The notes below the pieces were generated by a model, which was not told where the DNA came from, searched no databases, and saw only the letters and a program-made list of their open reading frames with translations. 50,932 bases of DNA from Candidatus Sericytochromatia bacterium. GTDB taxonomy: Bacteria > Cyanobacteriota > Sericytochromatia > S15B-MN24 > JAQBPE01. How positions within the stretch are numbered: the first letter of the stretch is position 1; the number at the start of each line of letters is the position of its first letter. Location: NCBI GenBank assembly GCA_035285125.1, contig JAYKHR010000110.1, positions 1-50,932 on the forward strand. Reading direction: 5' to 3'. Both the position numbers and the translations under genes were made by a program. This document shows, piece after piece, positions 1-7,585 of the stretch.

Positions 1-921
1 GTCATCGACACGCGCGAGGACAAGGTGCTTCGCCAGGCCCCCGTCGGCCCCGTGCCGGACTTCCTGGCGCATCGGGCCGTCGGCGACACGGCCATCCGCG
101 AGGCCCGGAGTTGCAAGGCCTGTCACCATGCCCAGGTGCTCGGCACCTTGCCTGCCAGCCTCGCGCTCAGCAAGGACCGCCGGTCCCTCTGGGTCACGGA
201 GCTGCGCACCCGGCGGGTCAGCCGCCTGGAGGCGAGCACGCTGAAGACCGAAGACCAGCTGGGCCTGCTCGGGGGGGACACCACGCCGACCCAGGTGCTG
301 GTCCACCCCCGAACGGGGGACCTCTTCGTGGCCTCCCGAAGCTACAGGGGAGACACGCCTGGCGTGGGCGGGGTGGGCGACACGGGCCTCCGCATCAGCC
401 TCGACCCCGAGCACGCGGGCGCCATCGGGACCAGCAACGTGATGGCCTTCGACGCCAGACTCGACAAGGTCAAAGGGCGGGTAGAGCTCCCCTTTGCCGG
501 CGCCCACGGCGGCGCCTTCTCCGCGGACGGCTCGGAGCTGTACATCGCCTGTCGCGGGGCCGACCGGGTGGCCGTCCTCGGCACGGCGCCACTGCGCCTG
601 CTTCGCAGCCACCGCGTGCCACCCGGCCCGACGGCCATCGCGCTGCTCGATGAGGACACGCTGGCCGTCGCCTGCCTCAACACGTCGCCCGGCGTGATCG
701 AGCTGTTGGAACGCCGCACGGGCAAGCCGAAGGGCCACCTGACGGTGCCCCCCAACCCCGCGGCGCTCGCCTGGGATGCAGCCTCCGGGCGCCTGTACGT
801 GGCCTGCACCGGCGGGGCCTGCGTGGCGGAGATCGACGTGGCCGCCCGTCGCGTGGTCAGGGAGCTGCCGCTGGGCGGTCAGCCCGCGGGCCTCGCGGTC
901 TTGGCTGCGCCTGGCAGCTGA
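1..921 (+). CDS. YncE/YVTN-type beta-propeller protein with a CxxCH motif (5'-truncated by the window edge)
   Basis: Frame is open from base 1 (VIDTREDKV...). Repeated blade motifs include SADGSELYIAC, WDAASGRLYVAC and P.GLAV. CKACH lies at 112-126. Confidence 0.75.
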   Translation, partial: VIDTREDKVLRQAPVGPVPDFLAHRAVGDTAIREARSCKACHHAQVLGTLPASLALSKDRRSLWVTELRTRRVSRLEASTLKTEDQLGLLGGDTTPTQVLVHPRTGDLFVASRSYRGDTPGVGGVGDTGLRISLDPEHAGAIGTSNVMAFDARLDKVKGRVELPFAGAHGGAFSADGSELYIACRGADRVAVLGTAPLRLLRSHRVPPGPTAIALLDEDTLAVACLNTSPGVIELLERRTGKPKGHLTVPPNPAALAWDAASGRLYVACTGGACVAEIDVAARRVVRELPLGGQPAGLAVLAAPGS

Positions 922-1199
922 GCCTGGCTGGCCTCCCTCGCGGGCACCAGGATGGCGGCTCGTCCCCCGGTGGCCACGCCGAGAGGCCACGCCAGGGGGC
1001 TCCTCGCCGGAGCCAGCTTGGCTGGAGACCGTCGCGGACCCGGGCTCCGAGCTCATCCAGGGCGCAGGCCGTTGGAGCCGGCACTTGTGACAGCCGTCGC
1101 CGACCCGCAGCCCCAGCCTCGGGACCATGGGGGCAGACCTGGGCCCAATTCTGGGACCAGAGGGACCACGCAGGCCCCCCCAACGACGAGGAATCCGAG

Positions 1200-2114
1200 A
1201 TGCCCGCCACCCGCTCCCAGGCCCCTGCCGGGGCCTCCCAGGCCACCCAGGCCCACGTGCAGGGCGCCAGGCCCGGTGCCACGACGTTCGTCGGAACGGG
1301 CCCCGAAGCAGAAGGCCACCCGCTCGCCGTGTATGCGGAGATGCCGTTCAGCCTGACGCCGAACCCCCGCTACCTCTACGTCGGCACCCAGCACCGCTCC
1401 GCCATCGCCAAGAGCCTCTACCTCGTGGAGCATCGGCAGGGGCTCACGGTAATCTTCGGCGACGTCGGCATGGGCAAGACCACCGTGGGGCGGCACCTGT
1501 TGCACCACTTCGTGGACTACCCGGAGAAGTTCCTGGTCGCCTACCTGCCCAACCCCTCCTACCCCTCCGAGCACCAGCTGCTGGTCGCCATCTGCGCGGA
1601 GTTCGGGATCGCCCCGGCCCGCAGCAAGCAGGCCACGCTGGCCCGCCTCAACGCCTTCTTCACGGACGCCTACCAGGCCGGCCGCCTGGCCGTGCTGCTC
1701 ATCGACGAGGCCCAGCTGCTGAAGGGGCCCCAGTTCGAGCTTCTTCGGCAGCTGCTCAACTTCGAGACCGACGACCACAAGCTGGTGCAGATCGTGCTGT
1801 TCGGGCAGAACGAGCTGCGCGCCAAGCTGAAGCCGAAGAAGGCGCTCTGCTCGCGCATCGTGACGCGCTCGACCCTCGAGCCGTTGGACCTGGCGGACAC
1901 CGACGGGATGATCCGGTTCCGGCTGCAGGTGGCGGGCTGCCCGCCCACCCTGTTCGAGCCTGCTGCCGTCGCGCGCGTCTACGAGGCCAGCGGAGGCGTG
2001 CCACGCGAGATCAACAAGATTTGCCTCTCGGCCTTCACCCTGGCGAGCTTCGCGGGCCTCACCAGCATCGGCCCGGACCTCGTCGAGCAGGCCCTCGCGG
2101 AGATTGACGCGTGA
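1200..2114 (+). CDS. ExeA/GspA-family AAA+ ATPase
   Basis: PFSLTPNP, Walker A GDVGMGKTT, Walker B LLIDEAQ, LRQLLNFET..KLVQIVLFGQNEL and SGGVPREIN are typical of ExeA. GAGGA precedes ATG 1200. Confidence 0.9.
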   Translation: MPATRSQAPAGASQATQAHVQGARPGATTFVGTGPEAEGHPLAVYAEMPFSLTPNPRYLYVGTQHRSAIAKSLYLVEHRQGLTVIFGDVGMGKTTVGRHLLHHFVDYPEKFLVAYLPNPSYPSEHQLLVAICAEFGIAPARSKQATLARLNAFFTDAYQAGRLAVLLIDEAQLLKGPQFELLRQLLNFETDDHKLVQIVLFGQNELRAKLKPKKALCSRIVTRSTLEPLDLADTDGMIRFRLQVAGCPPTLFEPAAVARVYEASGGVPREINKICLSAFTLASFAGLTSIGPDLVEQALAEIDA

Positions 2115-2965
2115 CGACCACCACCCCGCCCACCCGCGGCTCCTTCGCCGCCCTCTACGAAGCCAGCCGGTCCCTTTCCCACGACGTGGCCCCACGCCAG
2201 CTCCGACTGAGCCAGCTCGAGCCCAACCCCAACCAGCCGCGCACGCAGTTCCCGGAGGGCTCCATCGAGGAGCTTGCCGCCAGCATCCGCGTGCACGGGC
2301 TCCTTCAGCCCATCCTGGTGAGGCCCCATCCGCAGCTCGGAGCGGGCCGCTACGAGATCGTCGCGGGCGAGCGCCGCTACCACGCCTGCCGGCTGGTGGG
2401 GCTGGACGCGGTGCCCGTCGTGATTCGCCAGCTGGACGACGCCACGGCCCGCCAGGCTGCGCTGATCGAGAACCTTCAGCGCGAGAACATCTCGCCGCTC
2501 GAGGAGGCGGTGGTGCTGAAGCAGATCCTCGACGAGACAGGGCTCTCGCACCGAGAGGTCGGGGAGCGGATCGGCAAGACCAAGGCCTACGTCGAGCAGC
2601 GCGTGCGGCTCCTGCGCTACCCGGAGGAGGTGCGCGTGGCGCTGGCCCGGCGCCCCGTCGGGGACGGTGCGGCGTTCGGCCCGGGCCACGCCAAGGCCGT
2701 TGTGCAACTGCCCGACGGCGAGGCCAGGCACGCCCTGATCGCCGAGGTCGAGCGCCGGGGGCTGACGGTGCGCGAGGTGGAGCGACGCGTGCAGCGGCTG
2801 CTGCAACCAGCCCCCCGGCCGGCCGCCGCGGCGGCCCCGGCGACCGTGCCTCTGGCCGGCCTGGAGATCGCTCGGCTGCTCGACGCGGTCCGCGAGGCCG
2901 GGGCCGACACCGTGGACCGCGCGGCGCTGCGCCGGGCGCTGCAGGCAGACCTGGCGCGCACCTGA
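2111..2965 (+). CDS. parB: ParB/RepB/Spo0J-family partition protein
   Basis: PNPNQPR..F, LAASIR.HGLLQPILVR, IVAGERRY.A, ALIENLQRE and a following HTH segment. GTG start overlaps the upstream stop (GTGA). Confidence 0.9.
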   Translation: MTTTTPPTRGSFAALYEASRSLSHDVAPRQLRLSQLEPNPNQPRTQFPEGSIEELAASIRVHGLLQPILVRPHPQLGAGRYEIVAGERRYHACRLVGLDAVPVVIRQLDDATARQAALIENLQRENISPLEEAVVLKQILDETGLSHREVGERIGKTKAYVEQRVRLLRYPEEVRVALARRPVGDGAAFGPGHAKAVVQLPDGEARHALIAEVERRGLTVREVERRVQRLLQPAPRPAAAAAPATVPLAGLEIARLLDAVREAGADTVDRAALRRALQADLART

Positions 2966-2979
2966 GCGGCGCGCCAGGC

Positions 2980-2998
2980 CATTAAAAGTTCATTAAAA
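2980..2998 (+). promoter_or_regulatory. CATTAAAA direct repeat with 11-bp period; possible OmpR/PhoB-family binding site
   Basis: CATTAAAA at 2980 and 2991, an AT-rich island in GC-rich DNA upstream of the 3065 CDS. Confidence 0.4.
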
Positions 2999-3064
2999 CC
3001 CACACCATCACCACGCCGCTGGGGGACATGATCCCCAGCGGCGTGGCCTGTCCGGGAGGGGTCT

Positions 3065-4633
3065 GTGCGCATCGAGTACATCTACCGCTACGTCTATGTG
3101 CCGGCCCCCGTGGCGCCTGGGAGCGTGACGACGCCCTCGAGCGTCTCAGAGAACGTCCGCCGGCTCGGGGGCATGATCGCCTCGACCCGTGACGAGGAGC
3201 GGCGGCGGGCCCTTGAGGAGCTCCGGCAAACGCTGCAGCGGGTGGCAGCCATTGCCAACAACATCCGCAGCAGCGGCATGAAAGGCGCCCTCGAGGCCCA
3301 GGCCGCCGCCATCATGGCGAAGCTGGATGCGGGCAACCCCGAAGGTGCCCTGGTGGCCGCCCACGACCTGCTGGCTTTCGCCAACGAGAGCCAGGGCCTG
3401 GTGGACGAGGTCCGAAAGAACCTGACGAGCCTGGCCAACCCGGTGGGGGTTCGCGGCAAGGCTGCCAAGCTCCTCCAAAACATCGCCGAAATGGCGGAAA
3501 CCATGCTGGCGGCGGCCACTTCCCCCGAGGCCCTGCGGAGCCTCGTGCGGCTGACAGATCAGGCGAAGGACGCCACGCGGCGGCTCGAGGGGCTCCAGCC
3601 TGGCACGCTCGAGTACAACTTGATCGTCGCCGAACTCGGCGGCATCATGGACGAGCTCAGGCTCATGGCCCAGACCCTCGATCCCAAGGGGGCCCCGGGG
3701 ATGGCTGCTGACGCCATCATGTGGCAGCAAGAGCAAGGAGCCAGGGTTGAAGAGGCGCTCCAGCAGCTGCGAGGCGCGACGCGCGACGCCTTCGCGCTGC
3801 AGAAGTTGGACCAGCTCGACGCGGCACTGGCCGGGGTGCTTCGCAACGGTCGGGGGCTCGGACCCGAAGCGACGGAGGGCCTGAGAGCCAGCCTGGACGG
3901 GTTCCTCAAGCAGGCGGCCCAGGGCGACGTGGAGGGTGCCATCGAAGGGGCGAAGGCCATGGCCGCCGCGATGGGGCAGGCTTCGCGGCTCAAGGAGGTC
4001 CTGGGAGGCCGCCTCGCGCGCTTGGAGGAGAGCCTGGCTGCCCTGGCAGACAGCCCTGCGGGGGAGCGGCTGCAGGGGGTCCTGACCAAGGTCCGCGACG
4101 CCCTCCGGCGGGCAGACTCCCCGGAAGCCCTGATGCAGCTCGACCAGCAACTCCAGGCCGCCCTGGAGGCCGCCTCCACCCTGCGAGCCGCGGGCCCAGC
4201 GGGGCGAAGCGTGATGCATCCAGCATACCGGGAGTTGCTCGGCGTCGAGCGGGCGCTGACGCCTTCCGGTGAGGGGAGCGACGGCGCCCCCAAGATGGCG
4301 CGCGATGACTTCAGCCGCAGCGCCGGTGGGGCGTCCCAGGGCAAGCCCCGGGCTGCCTCGGCGGCCTCCCCCGCCGACGCGCCGCCCCCTCAAGACTCAC
4401 CAGCCATTGGAGGGCTGCGGCGCCTGGCTGAGGGCCTCGCGGGGGGCGATGCAAAGCTCATTCTGCAGGCGGCCGACAGGGCCAGCCGCCTCCTGGCCCG
4501 GGCGACCACGCCTCTCGACCACGCAGCCTTGGCTGCCGAGCTGGTGGTCGCCTCGGACGCCGCTGCCAGGGTTATGGCCGGCGGTGAGGCGTCCTCGCCT
4601 GCTCGGGAGGTCTTGCGCACCGCGTTCCGCTGA
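3065..4633 (+). CDS. Hypothetical Ala/Leu-rich helical protein with an internal repeat of about 198 aa
   Basis: GGAGG RBS before GTG. Paired motifs GNPEGAL/GDVEGAI and ATSPEAL/ADSPEAL lie 197-199 aa apart. Confidence 0.7.
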   Translation: MRIEYIYRYVYVPAPVAPGSVTTPSSVSENVRRLGGMIASTRDEERRRALEELRQTLQRVAAIANNIRSSGMKGALEAQAAAIMAKLDAGNPEGALVAAHDLLAFANESQGLVDEVRKNLTSLANPVGVRGKAAKLLQNIAEMAETMLAAATSPEALRSLVRLTDQAKDATRRLEGLQPGTLEYNLIVAELGGIMDELRLMAQTLDPKGAPGMAADAIMWQQEQGARVEEALQQLRGATRDAFALQKLDQLDAALAGVLRNGRGLGPEATEGLRASLDGFLKQAAQGDVEGAIEGAKAMAAAMGQASRLKEVLGGRLARLEESLAALADSPAGERLQGVLTKVRDALRRADSPEALMQLDQQLQAALEAASTLRAAGPAGRSVMHPAYRELLGVERALTPSGEGSDGAPKMARDDFSRSAGGASQGKPRAASAASPADAPPPQDSPAIGGLRRLAEGLAGGDAKLILQAADRASRLLARATTPLDHAALAAELVVASDAAARVMAGGEASSPAREVLRTAFR

Positions 4634-4642
4634 GGGCGCGCC

Positions 4643-5188
4643 TCAGGTGGTGGCGAACCCCTCGGACATCAGCAACTCGGCCTGAAGGAGGGCGTAAGCC
4701 GTCTCGAGGGCCTCGAGCATGCCGTCCTTGAAGCCCTGGCCGTATGCGTCGAGCGCCCGCGCCCCCTTCCGGGAGGGCCCATCGCCGCCCTCGGAAAGTT
4801 GCTCAGCCATCAGGCCCTCAATCTCGCCCAGCACCGCACCAAGACCGTCGCGCAGCCGCTCGAGCTCGTGGCCGACGCGGCTGTGCGCATCTTCGACGGC
4901 CTCGGCGCTTCGCCCAGGCAGGACGCGGAAGCGGGCCAGCGAGGCGCCCCGGGGGGCCTCCGACTCGGCATGCCCGGCAATGACGCCCAGGCGAGGGGCC
5001 CGAGCAGGCTCGAGCAACTCCGCGTGGCGCCACCCCAGCAGCACATCGTTCAGCACGTCGCTGGTCGACCCGCCGCGGTCCTGCCGCAAGCGCTCAAGCC
5101 GCGCGATGGCCTCGGGAACCAGTCGGAAGCTCTTGACCTCCCGCCTGGCGCCGCTCTTGGCCGGTCGTCCACCCGCTTGTCTGTTCAT
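4643..5188 (-). CDS. Protein with an N-terminal ribbon-helix-helix (CopG-like) DNA-binding domain and a helical C-terminus
   Basis: ATG at 5188 (MNRQAGGRP...). VKSFRLVPEAIARLERLRQDRGGSTSDVLNDVL has an RHH pattern. The upstream part of the track ORF overlaps vapBC and is not used. Confidence 0.65.
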   Translation of the reverse strand: MNRQAGGRPAKSGARREVKSFRLVPEAIARLERLRQDRGGSTSDVLNDVLLGWRHAELLEPARAPRLGVIAGHAESEAPRGASLARFRVLPGRSAEAVEDAHSRVGHELERLRDGLGAVLGEIEGLMAEQLSEGGDGPSRKGARALDAYGQGFKDGMLEALETAYALLQAELLMSEGFATT

Positions 5189-5346
5189 GGTGTGTTGGGC
5201 TTCCTTCCACGATTCCCGGCGATCACGCGTCAAGGGCTCGCCGCCTGGGCAACCGGCCTTTGAAAGTTCTCGCATAGCATACAACAGCAGATCAAAAATG
5301 GAACCCCGCTGGCGGCCTTTTTTCGCCCGCAGCGGATAAAAAATTT

Positions 5347-5808
5347 TCAGGCCACGAAATCGTCGAGCACGAGCACCTCCAGCTCGCCAGCCAGGGCCCG
5401 CAGGGCAGGATCGGTCGCCAGCAGCAGCTCCGCACCGGCCCCCCGTGCCGTCGCGGCCAGGATGGCTGCGGCGTCCGAGAGCGTGTGCGCAGCGCGGTAG
5501 TGGGCGGCGCGCTCCGCAATGGGGAGCGTCAGTGGCACGAGCTCCAGGTTGGGGAACGTCGGGACGAGGAAGGCCAGCTCGGTCGCAGCCTCGAGGTCCC
5601 GACGGCGGTGAGGCCCCTCGAGGAGGGACATCATCGTCAGCACGGAGGTGATGGCGTGGAGCCGTCCGCGCTCGACCTCCTCGAACAGCGCCAGCCCCAG
5701 CGGCCCGCGGCGCGGCTCTGCCGAGAGGTAGGCCGCAAACACGCCCGCGTCCACGGCCACGCGCCGGTGACCAGCCAGCGACCGTTGGAAAGCTGCCAGG
5801 CCCTTCAC
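5347..5808 (-). CDS. vapC: PIN-domain toxin (VapC family)
   Basis: VAVDAGVF, TSVLT, DAAILAATA and LLATDPAL PIN motifs. GTG start overlaps the antitoxin stop (GTGA). Confidence 0.85.
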   Translation of the reverse strand: MKGLAAFQRSLAGHRRVAVDAGVFAAYLSAEPRRGPLGLALFEEVERGRLHAITSVLTMMSLLEGPHRRRDLEAATELAFLVPTFPNLELVPLTLPIAERAAHYRAAHTLSDAAAILAATARGAGAELLLATDPALRALAGELEVLVLDDFVA

Positions 5809-6014
5809 GCCCCGCCCTCTCGCGCCCACCTCCCGTAAAGGTGGCGGGCGTAGCTGGCGGGACGCCGGAACAGCTTGATGGTTTGCCCATCGACGGTCCC
5901 GACGAGCTCATCCCCGGGCTGGAGGTCGAGCTTCTCCCGCAGGCCCTTGGGGAGCACGAGCTGGAACTTCGAGCTGATCTTGATGGGGGTCAGGCCCCCG
6001 ACAACCTCTTCCAT
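5805..6014 (-). CDS. AbrB/MazE/SpoVT-family antitoxin (VapB-like)
   Basis: KISSKFQLVLPKGLREKLDLQPGDEL swapped-hairpin motif; directly upstream of and coupled to the PIN toxin. Confidence 0.9.
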   Translation of the reverse strand: MEEVVGGLTPIKISSKFQLVLPKGLREKLDLQPGDELVGTVDGQTIKLFRRPASYARHLYGRWAREGGA

Positions 6015-6060
6015 GACTTACGTTTTATCATATTGTCTTACTATTTGCAATTAGTCTTAC
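6015..6060 (-). promoter_or_regulatory. vapBC promoter/operator: three GTAAG boxes around TTGCAA-17-TAAAAC
   Basis: Minus strand reads GTAAGAC (6060-6054), GTAAGAC (6041-6035) and GTAAGTC (6021-6015). -35 at 6050-6045, -10-like at 6027-6022, ATG 7 nt later. An alternative -10 TATGAT is at 6032-6027. Confidence 0.6.
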
Positions 6061-6221
6061 CGGCGCAGCGTGGGGCCAAGCCATCGCCACCCAAAGGCCG
6101 CCCACGCGCTCCCGGGACCCAGAATCGACAAAAAGCTCGGCAAAAAGAAGCCCCGCCAGCCGCAACCACGGCCCCAGGGCCGCCACCCAGCACACCTCGA
6201 ACCAGGCCTTTACCCATAAAA

Positions 6222-6268
6222 GTAAGACTTGCTCACACTTCGTAAGATTTTTTTAGGCCTAGTAAGCC
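6222..6268 (+). promoter_or_regulatory. Second array of three GTAAG boxes at 20-bp period, upstream of the selenoprotein gene
   Basis: GTAAGAC at 6222, GTAAGAT at 6242 and GTAAGCC at 6262, with -35-like TTGCTC at 6229-6234. Confidence 0.55.
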
Positions 6269-6400
6269 AACCATCACGCCTCAGACAGGCGGCCACGCCT
6301 GCCCCCCTGGCTGGACGGCGGGCATCGTGATGCGCACCATGGGGGCCGGCCCACGCGGGGACGTCCTGCGAGGGGGCCGCGTCGCACGAAGGAGGTGCCC

Positions 6401-6616
6401 GTGACCGTTCGCATCACATACTGTGGGGTCTGAAACTACGAGCCCGTGGCGACCCGTGTGGCCGCCGAGGTAAAGGCCCTGCTGGGCCTGGAGGTCGAGC
6501 TCGTCCGAGGCAGCGGAGGCATCTTCGAGGTCCGGGCGGGTGAGCGCGTGGTGTTCGACAAGAAGGCCGCCCAGCGGTTCCCGGACGAGGGTGAAGTGGG
6601 CCGACTGCTGGCCTGA
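6401..6616 (+). CDS. Rdx-family (SelW/SelT/SelH-like) selenoprotein, 71 aa, CxxU motif with UGA at 6431-6433
   Basis: Strong RBS GAAGGAGG before GTG. Translation: MTVRITYCGVUNYEPVATRVAAEVKALLGLEVELVRGSGGIFEVRAGERVVFDKKAAQRFPDEGEVGRLLA. The Rdx motifs ITYCxxU, GxFEV and FPD are all in frame. Confidence 0.9.
6448..6466 (+). promoter_or_regulatory. Candidate bacterial SECIS hairpin
   Basis: GGCGACC-(CGUGU)-GGCCGCC stem with one A-C mismatch. The apical loop starts 21 nt after the UGA and has G at position 2, as in the bSECIS model. Confidence 0.55.
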
Positions 6617-6655
6617 CCAGGGAGGGCGGGCTGCTCGGACAGCCCGCCCGTCACC

Positions 6656-7519
6656 TCACACGGTCCGGCGGCGCCAGGCCCAGGCAGTGGCTCCCCACAG
6701 CCCAAGCACGGCCCCCAGGCCCGCGAGGCCCCCGAGCGGGTACCCACCGCCCGTCCAGAGCACGGCCGTCGGCGCAGGTTCCAGCAGGCGCAGCCGGTCC
6801 AGCAGCAAAAACACCGCCAGCCAACCGGCGTGCAGCCCGGCCGATGCCCACATCCCCTGCGTGCGGAACGCCAACCAGGCGAGCAGGCCCCCAGCCAGGA
6901 ACAGCCCCAGCCAGGGCAGGGCGATGGCGTGCCAGACGACGTCCGCCCGCAGGAAGTGTACGGTGGCATAGCTCAGCGAGCTGACCAGCCCGGCAGCCCA
7001 CCAGCGCCCCCCAGCGGCGAGCGTGCGCAACACGAAGCCGCGGAAGACGAACTCTTCCGACAGCGAGAACAACCAGGCAGCCCCGAGCACGTCGAACCAG
7101 AGCGTCAGGGCCGTGGGGTCCAGCACCGGTGACCGCCAGCGGGCCAGGCCCGAGACCACCAGGCCGCCCTCGACGGCCAGCAGGGTGCAAACGCCGAGCA
7201 GAAACCAGGCCCCTGCCTCGGCTGCGGCTCGCGCGCACCAGCGGCCCGTCAGCACGACGATCGGCAGGCCCTGAAGCCGTATCCACATCAGCACGGTGAC
7301 CCCCAGCAGGCCCCCGTATGCCCCCCCAAGAAACAAACGCTGCGTATCGGGGCGCCAGAGGGCCGCCAGCGGAACCCCCATCACCACGAGGGCGGCGGCC
7401 CATCCCCCCCAGGCGGCCACCACCGCCGCCAGCCAGACCCCCAGGCGGGTGCCCGGCGCGGCCTGTCGGTACCACCCGGCCAGCCGGGTCTCTGGGGTGG
7501 GATGGGGATCCAGCGACAT
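6656..7519 (-). CDS. CPBP (CAAX/Abi) intramembrane metalloprotease
   Basis: EEFVFRG, YATVH and SAGLHAGW motifs; multiple TM segments. Confidence 0.85.
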   Translation of the reverse strand: MSLDPHPTPETRLAGWYRQAAPGTRLGVWLAAVVAAWGGWAAALVVMGVPLAALWRPDTQRLFLGGAYGGLLGVTVLMWIRLQGLPIVVLTGRWCARAAAEAGAWFLLGVCTLLAVEGGLVVSGLARWRSPVLDPTALTLWFDVLGAAWLFSLSEEFVFRGFVLRTLAAGGRWWAAGLVSSLSYATVHFLRADVVWHAIALPWLGLFLAGGLLAWLAFRTQGMWASAGLHAGWLAVFLLLDRLRLLEPAPTAVLWTGGGYPLGGLAGLGAVLGLWGATAWAWRRRTV

Positions 7520-7585
7520 GGCGGCGGATTGTAGGCCCGCGACGGCGTGAGGCGCAAGACACATCCCCAACGGGGTACATAACGG

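Noticed and set aside
922..3064. parS site or transposon ends near exeA-parB
   Set aside because: No TGTTTCACGTGAAACA-like palindrome, terminal inverted repeats or transposase were seen by eye.
5189..5911. N-terminal extension of the 422-aa minus-strand ORF
   Set aside because: It overlaps vapBC in another frame and an AT-rich spacer. Protein-like sequence starts at ATG 5188.
6273..6332. CATCACG...CGTGATG-closed multi-stem in the selenoprotein leader
   Set aside because: Short GC-rich stems arise easily by chance, and no tRNA-Sec or riboswitch features are visible.
6436..6971. Track ORFs 6436-6969 (-) and 6540-6971 (+)
   Set aside because: The region is better explained by the selenoprotein and CPBP genes.
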